This document shows positions 1-11,440 of a DNA stretch of 64,000 nucleotides, piece after piece. Under the pieces are notes generated by a model that was not told the origin of the DNA, ran no database searches, and saw only the letters and a list, made by a program, of their open reading frames with translations. Position 1 is the stretch's first letter. Every line of letters begins with the position of its first letter. A program made the translations under genes and the position numbers. The stretch lies in the NCBI GenBank assembly GCA_951406725.2, contig OX597815.1, forward strand, positions 23,064,001 to 23,128,000. Reading direction: 5' to 3'. The DNA is from Octopus vulgaris (lineage: Eukaryota).

Positions 1-553
1 TATAGTACAATATTAATGTCTTCATTTACAGTTATATATAACACCCAATTTCAGAGCTGATTACGTTACCTAGGTAACGTAATCAGATTGTGTTACTTAG
101 ATAATTACTGTTAGCGGACAGTGTAGAGATTTGATAGACTTCATTTTATGAGTGTTCTTACAGCTAAACTACTAAAATTGAATCATTAAAAATTTAAAAC
201 TTTTATGATTTTCTTTTCGAAAATTTGATTTATTATGTATTTGATTTTTGATTTTTATTCGTGGTTAGGTTTTCTGCTATTTTACATTTTAAACGTAGTA
301 TTTAGCCCCATGGCCTTTTTGCCATAAGGGTCCGGTCTGTACCTTAGCTTCTAGTGGTGGTCAAAGCGAAGAAAGACAAGGTGGGCTCTATTATTGAGTG
401 ACAATTTACTATTTCTCTGCATTTACTGTTTGCGGTGTGCATCCCATCAATAAGACCATTGATGTTTACAATTATTTCTACATATGTGTGTTCCTTATGC
501 TCGCTGGCTTGAGTAGGCTAAGTTATAGTAGGGCGTTATATATGTGTCTAGAA

Positions 554-1154
554 GGCGGCGAGCTGGCAGTATCGTTAGCACGCCGGGTGAAATGCTTAGC
601 GGTATTTCGTCTGTCGTTACGTTCTGAGTTCAAATTCCGCCGAGCTCGACTTTGCCTTTCATCCTTTCGGGGTCGATAAATAAAGTACCAGTTACGCACT
701 GGGGGTCGATGTAATCGACTTAATACCTATGTCTGTCCTTGTTTGTCCCCTCTGTGTTTAGCCCCTTGTGGGTAATAAAGACGTAGGTATTTCGTCTGTC
801 GTTACGTTCTGAGTTCAAATTCCGCCGAGGTCGACTTTGCCTTTCATCCTTTCGGGGTCGATAAATAAAGTACCAGTTACGCACTGGGGGTCGATGTAAT
901 CGACTTAATACCTATGTCTGTCCTTGTTTGTCCCCTCTGTGTTTAGCCCCTTGTGGGTAATAAAGACGTAGGTATTTCGTCTGTCGTTACGTTCTGAGTT
1001 CAAATTCCGCCGAGGTCGACTTTGCCTTTCATCCTTTCGGGGTCGATAAATAAAGTACCAGTTTCGCACTGGGGTCGATGTAATCGACTTAATACCTTTG
1101 TCTATCCTTGTTTGTTCCCTCTATGTTTAGCCCCTTGTGGGTAGTAAAGAAATA
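554..1154 (+). mobile_element. tRNA-derived SINE family A, copy with its 3' body repeated three times in tandem
   Basis: Head GGCGGCGAGCTGGCAG..TAGC (A box), GAGTTCAAATTCC (B box), central GCCTTTCATCCTTTCGGGGTCGATAAA; unit GGTATTTCGTCTG restarts at 601, 786, 971. Other copies at about 16476-16710(-), 30177-30410(+), 48790-49005(+), 56169-56400(-), 59510-59725(-). Confidence 0.9.
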
Positions 1155-1801
1155 TATATATATATATATATGTCTAGGGCATTATATATTTGTCTAGCTA
1201 TTTGCTCATGGATTTTCATACAGTGAAAAGGACTGCGCAGGGTTGAAGTTTGGTACAGCTACGAGCTGTGCCCCACCCACGTCCAGAAGGTATTTTAGTT
1301 TTGTTGGGTAGGCGGTGTGTGTGTGTGTATTAGTGAAAAATCTTCAATACAGTCACTTTTCCTGCAAGAAAGTGCAGCCAAATCTTCCTCCAGAATAATC
1401 TAATACTGAATACCAGAAAAAAAGACAGGATGGTGACAGCTAGAATGACGTTCAATGGATAATTTCTTGGTATATAGAAATAATCCATATTCTATTTATG
1501 TGTGTATGTGGTATTCGTGTCTGGGAGAGCTGTCCTGTGTGTGATGGTCGTTTCTCCCACACTCATTTTTCTTAGTAAAATCATTTCCGTTAGTTTCCGA
1601 TCCAAGGAAAATAGTAAATTCAAAAATAATATTATCACAATAAAATAAATTTATAAAATCACGTTCGATGTGTACACCTTCCCTTCTTCATATCTAAATA
1701 TAGATGAGAGTTAAGATTAAAAACAAAAACTAAAATCTTTTTTTTAAATTTGCATTGTAGATCATTTATCAAAACGTTTGGTCTTCTTAATTTCAAAAGT
1801 T

Positions 1802-2205
1802 GGATCTTTTCGGTTTGAACGGCAGTTTTTTCTAGCGGTGTCATATGAAATTGTCACCCATAATTATGACCCTAGTATCGATCTATTGCATTTCAATCGG
1901 TTTTAGGGCTAGGGTTAGGGTATCTTTTTTTCTTCAGAAATGTAAATAAACCCAATCTGTTTCTTAAAACGAGGGACATATTCATACGGCACAGAATGTT
2001 TTCACCTCAATAGACGTCTATGATTGGCTGAAATTGCAGAAATTGAAGAAATAAACAACAAATATCTTACAAACTGTAGAATTTTCTCAATAAAGCCAAG
2101 GGAAAAATAAGTTTTATAAGCACATTCTACCAGTATACGAAGTTTAAAAGAGTTTAGTTAGGTGGAAATTATTTTTAAAAACTGCCGGTCAAACCGAAAA
2201 GATCC
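1802..2205. mobile_element. MITE with 29-bp TIRs and 8-bp TSD (Merlin-like termini)
   Basis: TIR GGATCTTTTCGGTTTGAACGGCAGTTTTT and its complement at 2177-2205; perfect TSD CAAAAGTT (1794-1801, 2206-2213); internal TTAGGG-like hexamers; related sequence starts at about 47489. The superfamily assignment is inferred. Confidence 0.85.
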
Positions 2206-2679
2206 CAAAAGTTTCTGGGATACCAAAGAGAATATAAAGCAAGTGAACTTTTAAGCAAACTGAACGAATTGTTACACTGAGCCTTTTGGTGGTCGGGTTT
2301 ATCCATTAGAGCGGAATGTGTAAATGCATGCGTATTACGCCTGGTTGTTTGAGAGCGCTACTCCTAACATGTAAGCTAGTTGCATGGTCGGGTCATCCGC
2401 GATTTAATGGGCAATTGCACCAAGCTTGCATTGTGTGAGTGGTTTTGAACACCTTTGCAGAATGAAAAACAAAACCAGTCAAAAAGCAGATGAACTCAAG
2501 AAAAGTCAACGGCTATCAAAAAATAATATACGTATGAATATCAAATGTGTGCGTTAACCACCAAACCGTTAATCGTTGATTAACGAAGTTGATATTTTCA
2601 TTAACGATTTAACTTTTAAGTTAACTTTGGAAATCATTATCGGACTAATTAACTTCCGTTGACTGTAAAATGATTGGGC

Positions 2680-3540
2680 TGACTACGGCCATCCGAATGG
2701 CTATACCGCGCACAGTAAGCTGAGTGGTGTTGTCAACAAGTCATCCATGCTTGATATCCACTAAGACAGTGCTTTTCAAACTTTTTGCTGGAGCGGAACC
2801 CCAAGGAAACATTCCACTGGCTCGAGGAACCCCTATGCAATAATTTAATAGTCTTATGCACACATATCTGCACAGGAGAATTAAAAATTACTGCCGATTT
2901 TAGCAGTTTTGTAACTTCTTGCGGAACCCCTGGACTGTACTGGCGGAACCCTGGTTGAAAACCACTGCACTAGGAGACCGAAATGATGTAGAAAATCGGC
3001 TCCTAAAATAGGGGTCGGCAGCTTAGCTATGACGAATACACACTGGAAGGTGAAGCGTAGCCCTGAGTCCACTGTTAGGGACTGTTCACTGTAAGTAGGA
3101 ATCTGTGAGTGATTAACTGCCTGAAGACAGACTGGTGTTTCTTTTTTGTAGCCTGGAGTGCAGGAAACAGGGATTGAACTGCCTTCCGCGTCGGTGTCAA
3201 TAAGGAAACACGTACCTGTTACACGATCACAGATGAAAAACAGGCGACTTTGTGAGTGAGAGCGAGGAACTTCCGTCACATTCAATCTCTCGTTCTTTCG
3301 TTTCCCAAACTGGATGTCGCCTGTGTTCCACACGCACGGTGGTACCAACATGTTTCTCGTGAATAACAGGAGGCACTTGAGCTTCGTGATTGTCTACCAA
3401 ATTGACGTAGCCAGCAGCTACTTTGACGGGGGATACCAAACGATAGAGCCTGTATTTGCGCTGTCAGGGGCTGTATTTGTGATGCTTGTTGCATCATCAA
3501 CGAACGCATGTCCGAAATTTCTGAGGCATTCTTAGAAGCA
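2680..3540 (-). mobile_element. Gypsy LTR retrotransposon gag/protease relic
   Basis: CWYHR gag-type motif; protease FLIDTDAEGS (degenerate D-T-G-A) and PILGADFLHHFGLLV(DIK); frameshifted and interrupted by a hAT MITE. Confidence 0.85.
2767..2967. mobile_element. hAT (Charlie-like) MITE nested in the Gypsy protease
   Basis: TIRs CAGTGCTTTTCAA / TTGAAAACCACTG; 8-bp TSD CACTAAGA / CACTAGGA; internal GGAACCC repeats. Confidence 0.9.
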
Positions 3541-4290
3541 CACCGAAATTGTTCGCTATGGACATTCATGGAAACAAAGAGACTGTCTCTATCGACAGAG
3601 TAAAAAAAAAAGCCTTTTCCGAAACATTTAGGCTACTTGCCACAAACACTGTCACCGCCACCTCTACCCACCAAAACACCAACTACACAAACGCATTCTT
3701 CACCTTACAGGACATGTTCTGGCAGATTGTTTCATTGGCTGAAGAAATTATCTCAGATTATTTACATTTCTTAACTTTGCCTCACCAGTAGCTGTTCTGG
3801 AAAATAGACTTATGTTGTTATAGACACTTTCTCTCTTTCTGTAGCATTGTACGTATATGCTTTGTTCTATTTGATTGGACACCTTTCTTTGCTGAACGTT
3901 TCCTTGTACATACTTGCATTATATTTCTTTTTTTTCAATTTCAATTGTTCATACAACTGTTTTGCCACCGTTCATTCTTCTGTGCCCTCCTAGTGCACAC
4001 TTTGCCTACACTACTTTTAATCGGCCACTTCCAGTCTAAGAGCGGGGTGCCACTGTAGGCGCAGTTATCTTCCCTGACGGCGGCTGCCTAATTAGTTGGA
4101 CAATAGAGGGTATTACGCAACATTAAGGTTCAGAGACTCATATCTTCTGCTTGTCTCGCCAGGACGTCAGACAGTTAAGATGTGATCTAGTCTCTCTCTC
4201 ACACAACTCGCCAGCTAGCAGATAAGTGGTAAAGCACAGGAGAAGACCATGGCTTCCCTGCACCAGACCATTTTCATTTAAATTCACAGC
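3541..4290 (+). mobile_element. Gypsy integrase C-terminus, PPT and probable 3' LTR
   Basis: DIHGNKETVSIDRVK integrase tail; purine-rich AAGAGCGGGG followed by TGT at 4054; LTR end uncertain. Confidence 0.65.
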
Positions 4291-4438
4291 CTTTTTTTTA
4301 ATATATTCTTTACTGGGTTTCCTGTCAAATGAGATTACAGCCTTCTGAGTAGAGTCACATTAGATGGTGCCACAACCTATTCATCTATAGACATGATATG
4401 TGACTGGTCACCTGCAAGTTTTTGAAACAACTGTAATA

Positions 4439-4601
4439 GGCGCAGGAGTGGCTGTGTGGTAAGTAGCTTGCTAACCAGCCACATGGTTCCAGGTTCAGTC
4501 CCACTGCGTGGCATCTTGGGCAAGTGTCTTCTGCTATATCCCTGGGCCGACCAATGCCTTGTGAGTGGATTTGGTAGACGGAAACTGAAAGAAGCCTGTC
4601 G

Positions 4602-4632
<31 letters not shown>

Positions 4633-4842
4633 TTGTGTGTCTATGTTTGTCCCCCTAGCATTGCATGACAACTGATGCTGGTGTGTTTACATCCCCCGTC
4701 ACTTAGCAGTTCGGTAAAAGAGACCGATAGAATAAGTACTGGGCTTACAAAGAATAAGTCCCGGGGTCAATTTGCTCGACTAAAGGCGGTGCTCCAGCAT
4801 GGCCGCAGTCAAATGACTGAAACAAGTAAAAGAGTAAAGAGT
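4439..4842 (+). mobile_element. tRNA-derived SINE family B (CORE-like; resembles octopus OR-type SINEs)
   Basis: GGCGCAGGAGTGGCTGTGTGG (A box), GGTTCAGTCCC (B box), CTTGGGCAAGT CORE-like motif, internal (TA/TG)n, tail GAAACAAGTAAAAGA. Confidence 0.88.
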
Positions 4843-5373
4843 AAATCCATGGAATAAACGTAATGCCATAAATTCCATACTTCACTTATTGCACGCGCGC
4901 ACATGTTATAAAGGAGTGCTTTTGGGATGTGGACAGTGATGTCGATATAATTTTTGATTTATATAACAAACAGAATGGATACTACTGAAATGACCATGTG
5001 CAAAATAGGATTCTGAGAGATAAAATATGAGAAGTAGAAATCTAACACCAGGAAACGGTTCTACATGCTTCACAGAATATTTCCCTATAATGAAAAATAC
5101 GTTAGACACATGCTCTTCCCTTCCTTCATACCATTATATAATTGAAAACTAAAAACTAAAAATATTAAAAAAAAGCTTTTTCTATATATATATTTTTTGC
5201 ATAATAAATCATTGCTCATAATGTTTGGTTCTTTTGATATAAATAGTTTCTGAGATACCAAAAAGAGCAGTACAGTTAAGTTCATTCTTCTCATCAACAC
5301 AGCTGACCACCACAAGACTGGCTGTCACAGTTTTCATTCAGTTTGTTTTGTTTGATAGATTGCTTACCTTGTG

Positions 5374-5410
<37 letters not shown>

Positions 5411-5415
5411 CCTCC

Positions 5416-5447
<32 letters not shown>

Positions 5448-5968
5448 GGTATCTCAGAAACTATTGAAATTCAGAACAAATGTCTCTATCCTTAATTTAT
5501 TACGCAATGTGAAACAAATGCCATATACAAGCACACACACACATACATATGTAGTTATGAGTATATATGTATGTATGCATATATATTTATACATGTGTGT
5601 ATACATATACACACATATATCAACTGTTCATACACAAGACTTTTTTGTATCACTTGAGAAAGCTCTAGCCAAGGCCAGTCTGTCCCTCAATGCAAATACA
5701 ACTAAATAAATGTTACATAACCAAGAATGAAGATGAATGCCACTTGCCAACTTGCTCCAACTATGACACAAAACACTAAGAAATCAGTTATTTCAAGTAT
5801 CAAGTACCTTTAGTCCAATGTTGTTGACAGCAAGAAAGATTAGACCTTTTCCGTTTGGCTGCCAAGTTCAATTTCTGTTTAAACTGATTTCATATTCAGT
5901 GTATTGAAACATTTTTACAGGCTAATCAATGCCATGAAAATCATTTTCACCATAAACCAATAAACGAA

Positions 5969-6381
5969 GGCGTAGGAGTGGCTGTGTAGTAAGTAGCTTG
6001 CTTACCAACCACATGGTTCCGGGATCAATCCTTCTGCGTGGTACCTTGGGCAAGTGTCTTCTACTATAGCCTCGGGCCGACCAAAGCCTTGTGAGTGGAT
6101 TTGATAGACGGAAACTGAAAGAAGCCTGTCGTATATATGTATGTATATATATGTATGTATGTGTGTGTATGTGTTTGTGTGTATGTGTTTGTCCCCCCAA
6201 TATCGCTTGACAACTGATGCTGGTGTGTTTACGTCCCCGTAACTTAGCGGTTCGGCAAAAGAGACCGATAGAATAAATACTAGGCTTACAAAGAATAAGT
6301 CCTGGGGTCGATTTGCTCGACTAAAAAAGGTAGTGCTCCAGCATGGCCACAGTCAAATGACTGAAACAAAAGAGTAAAAGA
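5969..6381 (+). mobile_element. SINE family B copy
   Basis: Colinear and highly similar to 4439-4842. Confidence 0.88.
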
Positions 6382-6569
6382 TTGAAGAGTTCTTAGTTAT
6401 TAAAGTTTGAAAATTTTGAGTAATTTTAGCCAATCTTAAGCCACTGACACATTCATGCCTGTTCCCAAACTAACAAGCCAAACATGAGAACTCTTTTGAC
6501 TAATATGTTCCAGTCATTGAGATAGCTGTCATATATGGCAAAAATGGCAACCAAATAGGCCTTAAATCA

Positions 6570-6790
6570 GGTACCAGAGGAACATGCAGTTTCATACTTG
6601 CAAGAAAAGAGTGTTATGTCCAAAAGAAAATGATGCAAAACGAAGAAGCAGTTTATGAGTACAAGAAAATATGGTTGGAATATGTATTGGTGATGCATGC
6701 CCCAAGGATGCATGGAATCAGTGTCAGTGAGGAAAGACACATAGTTTGAAGGTGGCACACTTCCTCTTAGAACTGTAGTGCTTTGTACAG
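6570..6790 (+). mobile_element. Degenerate Merlin/IS1595-like transposase N-terminal fragment
   Basis: Translation with stops AVSYLQEK..C...W*CMPKGCMESVSVRKDT*FEGGTLPL resembles the CxxxC..SIRxxTWFE..LPL region of Merlin transposases. Confidence 0.5.
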
Positions 6791-7323
6791 GTATTATATA
6801 TTAGAAGAAATAAGGTACTCAGAAATCTGGATGGTTTTATATTTAGATATTTATTAATATGTCACATGTTTTTATAAATCATATTTTAACGCTTGCATCC
6901 ACTCTAGTGGAGTCTTCAGAATCTGAAGACTCCACTAAAGTGGACGCAAGCGCTAATATATCTCTTATTATAAAAGGCAGATTTTATCTGCCTCCCTTTG
7001 TCAGTTATAGAAATCTACAATATAGGATTTCTTCAATTACAATTTACTTAGCATTTTTAAGAGTAGAATGCATCGGGTTTTGCCAGGTCCACTTTTTAAA
7101 ATTTAAACTCCAATTAAGCAAAATTTACAGAAAACTCACATTCTGGTGTGTATGTCAAATGCTTTTCTTAATGTGTTTTACACCACACGCACACGCACAC
7201 ACACAGTGTGCAAGGAATAAAATGAAAGTAATTCACCTTTTGTAGTGAGTGACTCTTTCAGTCTGCCACTTCCTATTTACACACATAGACACGCAATATA
7301 TATAAATAAAATTGTAAGCTAAC

Positions 7324-7359
<36 letters not shown>

Positions 7360-7438
7360 GTGCGTGTGTGTGTGTGTGCGTGCGTGTGCGTGAGTGTGTG
7401 ACAGGAAAGTATTTTAGGACGAATATAAGACCTATATC

Positions 7439-7881
7439 GGCGATGTTTCGCTTGTCGTAGCACAGGTTTCCGTCGATTTCCGTAAAAAACTTATTTTTTT
7501 ACATAAGTAATGAGAGCGAAAGAGACTAAGAGAAAGCGATTGTATGACGAGGGAAGTTCTTTTGAAGTTACCGTGCATGGGACGCATTGATGTACATGTG
7601 TGTGTGTGTGTGTGTTTGATGGAGTGTGGGAGACAGACAGTATGTTGTGTAAGTGAAGTGCTTCTGTTAGTGTGTGTGAAGAGACAGAGAGAGTAATGTG
7701 TGAAAGAGAGAGATAACTGAAATTTTTTACTCGGTTTATGTGTATATGTATGTATGCATGTATGTGTGTGTGTGTGTGTGTATGTATGTGTGTGTGTATG
7801 TATGTATGTATGGCCAATTCAGTGTTTACATTTTTTACAGAAATCGACGGAAACGTGTGCTACGACAAGCGAAACATCGCC
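7439..7881. mobile_element. MITE with about 50-bp TIRs nested in the Helitron
   Basis: GGCGATGTTTCGCTTGTCGTAGCACAGGTTTCCGTCGATTTC.GTAAAAAA mirrored at about 7832-7881. Confidence 0.7.
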
Positions 7882-8445
7882 CCTATATCCAAGTAGCACA
7901 GAGATCGCCCAAAAGTGTATATAGATATATAAATGTATTTATATATTCATCTATGCACACATGTATGTATAACGTGTGTGTATATATTTCCATAGAGGTA
8001 ACCATTCACTCCATACAAAGTTTTTTAGCATGAAAATAAGATCTAAAGTTATCTCTAAGAAACAGAAAGATCGCCCAAAAGTGTATATAGATATTTAAAT
8101 GTATTTATATATTCATCTATACACACATGTATGTATAATGTGCGTGTATATATTTCCATAGAGGTAACCATTCAATCCATACAAAGTTTTTTAGGACGAA
8201 AATATTTATATATAAAAGAAAGGTTGCGTGTCTGTCTACTCCGATTTAGATTCCTAACTACTCCCACATTTTGCGATGCAGTTTAACCAAAACCGGGTAT
8301 CTTATAGTCGTGATTCATATCGAGCCCTTCTGGGTATTAGCGCGCGTCTACGATGAGTCTATGATTTTACAAATAATTTACCATCATTTTTTTCCATTTT
8401 AATGCATATTTTTTAAAATAAACGGAAGTAACTCTTCACACCAAT

Positions 8446-8940
8446 ATGCGTGCTCATATGCGACGTAATATCACATCAGCAGCATTTCCTCACACCCTCC
8501 TTGCACTTGGCGAAGGCAAAATACCAGGGGATGAAAATGGTAATATTGCCATCGATTCCATTTGTACCATTGTTAAGACGCCTTCTGATCTCAGAGATGC
8601 AGTGTTCCCAGATCTACAAGCTAATTATCAGAATATGGATTGGATTGGCAAAAAGGCTATACTGGCCCCGAGGAATAAAACTGTTCACCATATTAATGAT
8701 GAAATGCTAAAACTCATTCCTGGGGAAGTCTATGTATATCAGTCTATCGATACAACTCCTGACCCAGAGGACGTCATCAACCATCCAATAGAGGTACTCA
8801 ATTCCTTTGAGCACCCCGGACTACCACCACACTTTCTCAAACTTAAAGTTGGTGCCCCTATAATGCTCATCAGAAATTTGGTTCCCCCAAAACAATGCAA
8901 TGGCACACGTTTGATCGTTAAGTCCTTATCTCCCACAGTA
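8446..8940 (+). pseudogene. Helitron RepHel PIF1-family helicase fragment
   Basis: AILAPRN, GLPPHFLKLKVGAPIMLIRNL..PKQCNGTRL motifs; truncated at both ends. Confidence 0.9.
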
Positions 8941-9655
8941 AGCTTATATCAATATTTGCCTGAATAATCATCATAATTCAGTGCAATCATTAACAGTACT
9001 TTCAAGCAATTCAGCCCCGAGCAACGCCGGGCAATTCTGCTAGTGATTTATAAAAATGTAACATATTTATTAATATCTGTAAATATAAAGCCATCCAGAT
9101 TTCTGAGTACCTTATTTCTTTTAATATATATATTTAATATATATATAAACTTACTTGGAGGAAAGAAACGAAACCATATAATAACAATTTAATATATATA
9201 TATGAAGAATACAAAACCATGTAAGAAGAACAACAACAACAAAGACAAAAGGAAGGAAGAAAGAAGGGGCAAAATAAGGAAAGAAAAAAGTAAATGAAAT
9301 CAAGAAGAAATAAATATATAAATAAAAATAAAATAAAAAATCAGTAATTGAGAACAGTGGAGGAAAGATCTAAGTCTATCCTGAATAACCAAATGGAAAA
9401 TTTAGGAATGGTCAGTTCTTGTCAAAAGTTGACCTGTGTGGTGAGGTCAACTATTCAGTTCTCACAAGTGTGATGGTGTACACACACACACACACACAGA
9501 CATACACATATCACTTCTCCCTACTTTTCTCAATTACTATTAATCTTAATTTTAATTATTTCATTTACTTTTTCTCTCCTTCTCCTTCTTCACCTTCTTT
9601 CATCCTTCTTTTTGTTGTTGTGGTTCTTCTTCTTCTTCTTCTTCTTTGTATTCTT

Positions 9656-9689
<34 letters not shown>

Positions 9690-9836
9690 ATATTTTATAT
9701 ATATTATATATATATTATATATATTATATATATATTATATATATTATATATATATTATATATATTACATATATATTATATATATATTATATATATATATA
9801 TATATACATATATATAAAGAATACAAAAGCATGTGT

Positions 9837-10100
9837 GAAGAAGAAGAAGAAGAAGAAGAAGAAGAAGAAGAAGAAGAAGAAGAAGAAGAAGAAGAAGAAG
9901 AAGAAGAAGAAGAAGAAGAAGAAGAAGAAGAAGAAGAAGAAGAAGAAGAAGAAGAAGAAGAAGAAGAAGAAGAAGAAGAAGAAGAAGAAGAAGAAGAAGA
10001 AGAAGAAGAAGAAGAAGAAGAAGAAGAAGAAGAAGAAGAAGAAGAAGAAGAAGAAGAAGAAGAAGAAGAAGAAGAAGAAGAAGAAGAAGAAGAAGAAGAA
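9837..10100 (+). repeat. Pure (GAA)88 microsatellite, preceded by an AT-rich tract at 9655-9816
   Basis: 264 uninterrupted nt of GAA. Confidence 0.97.
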
Positions 10101-11109
10101 CCACAACAACTGAAAGAAGGGGAAGGAGAGAAAAAGTTAATCCAAACATGAAAGCACAATAAAACACAACTTGGAACAAATATAGTATTATTGGACACTC
10201 AGGAAAGAAGGAGGGTTTAACGTTTCGAGCGGAGCTCTTCGTTGGAAACATAGAAGGAAAGATCCAGAGAAGGGAAGACAAAGGGAAAAAAATCATATGT
10301 GTGTGTATATATATAATTTTTACTTTTAGTGTTTTAGTTTTTTATATTTTTTAATATTTTTTATAAAAAGACAAATATATTTTGAGGGCCAAGAGAGCCA
10401 TCCTGTCAGATGGTAACTTTGAGGGGCTGATTTTTATGAAGGGCAACCAGCATCATGTTGAGGTGATGGAGAAGGACCAACCAGAATAGTACACTTTGAT
10501 CATTATCTGATCTTGCCATGACACCTATGATATACTATATCTTTTTGTACGGTAAATAAAGTATATTTTAACCGAAATACAAATGCTTAATTTCATTTGT
10601 TCATTTAATTATATGCATACACCTTGATTATCATCTGATTTTGATATGCTATACCTTTTTCGAAAAGCTCTATTTTTAAGCTACAACATGAAATTTTCAT
10701 CTCTCTAGGTCTGTTTTTAGGGTTTTTAGAGCCAAAATAAACCAAACCAAATCTAAATTCATATGATAGAAGTTAGCACTTATCGTTTAACATTAGATTC
10801 TGCTAATTTTTTTTTACCTAAATAGTGGTTTAGTGTTTGCAAAGCTAACTCTTTTAGTAAGCAGATTGGTGGTTAAATCATTCAAGCACTTCATACCTTC
10901 AAAGTCATGTAGAGGTAAGTGATATCTTCCTTGAAGACAAGTAAGGGTTAGCATAAGAAAGGGTATCCAGCTGTAAAACTATGCCTCATATAACATTTTC
11001 CTTCAACTTAGGCTAGCATGGAAAGTGGACATAAATCAAACAAACATCGTTAAACTCATGTCTTCAGAAATTGGTCAAGGTCATAATCTTTGTTGTATCC
11101 TATCAAGAC

Positions 11110-11440
11110 CAGGCCTGGCCAACTCGAATTACATTGCAGGCCACTTTAATCACAGAAAGTTTTTTGAGGGCCATTTGTATACTTTATGCACTTATAGCCA
11201 GATAATCAAATTACAGAATCAAGAAATTTTCATACTTCTCGTTTGATTAAAATTATAAAACTGTAGGCTATTGCTTTATTGCCACTTATAAATTTTAATT
11301 TTATTTTGAAACAAATGTTTTACACAAACAATTTTATCTTGAAATTAAATACTCAAGAAATTAATACTCAAGAAAGTATTAAGCGGGCCACAAGATAAAA
11401 GTCTGCATGTGGCCCATGGGCCTCAGGTTGGTCAGCCCTG
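11110..11440. mobile_element. hAT (Charlie-like) MITE
   Basis: TIRs CAGGCCTGGCCAAC / GTTGGTCAGCCCTG; TSD ATCAAGAC / ATCTAGAC. Confidence 0.82.

Larger units (their letters stand above)
6961..9043 (+). mobile_element. Non-autonomous composite Helitron carrying a PIF1-helicase fragment
   Basis: 5' TC at 6961; 3' hairpin GCCCCGAGCAACGCCGGGC then CTAG (9040-9043); inserted between A and T with no TSD; a second 5'-end-like sequence near 8205. Confidence 0.88.

Noticed and set aside
1903-1920. Interstitial telomere
   Set aside because: Only 2-3 hexamers, internal to a MITE.
5808-5875. Exon-like AG...GT segment on minus (KLNLAAKRKRSNL...)
   Set aside because: No recognisable homology or partner exons; weak splice signals.
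8446-8967. Host PIF1 helicase gene
   Set aside because: Intronless fragment enclosed by Helitron termini.
9419-10296. Long poly-E/K/S/L/F ORFs
   Set aside because: Artifacts of the (GAA)n and (TA)n microsatellites.
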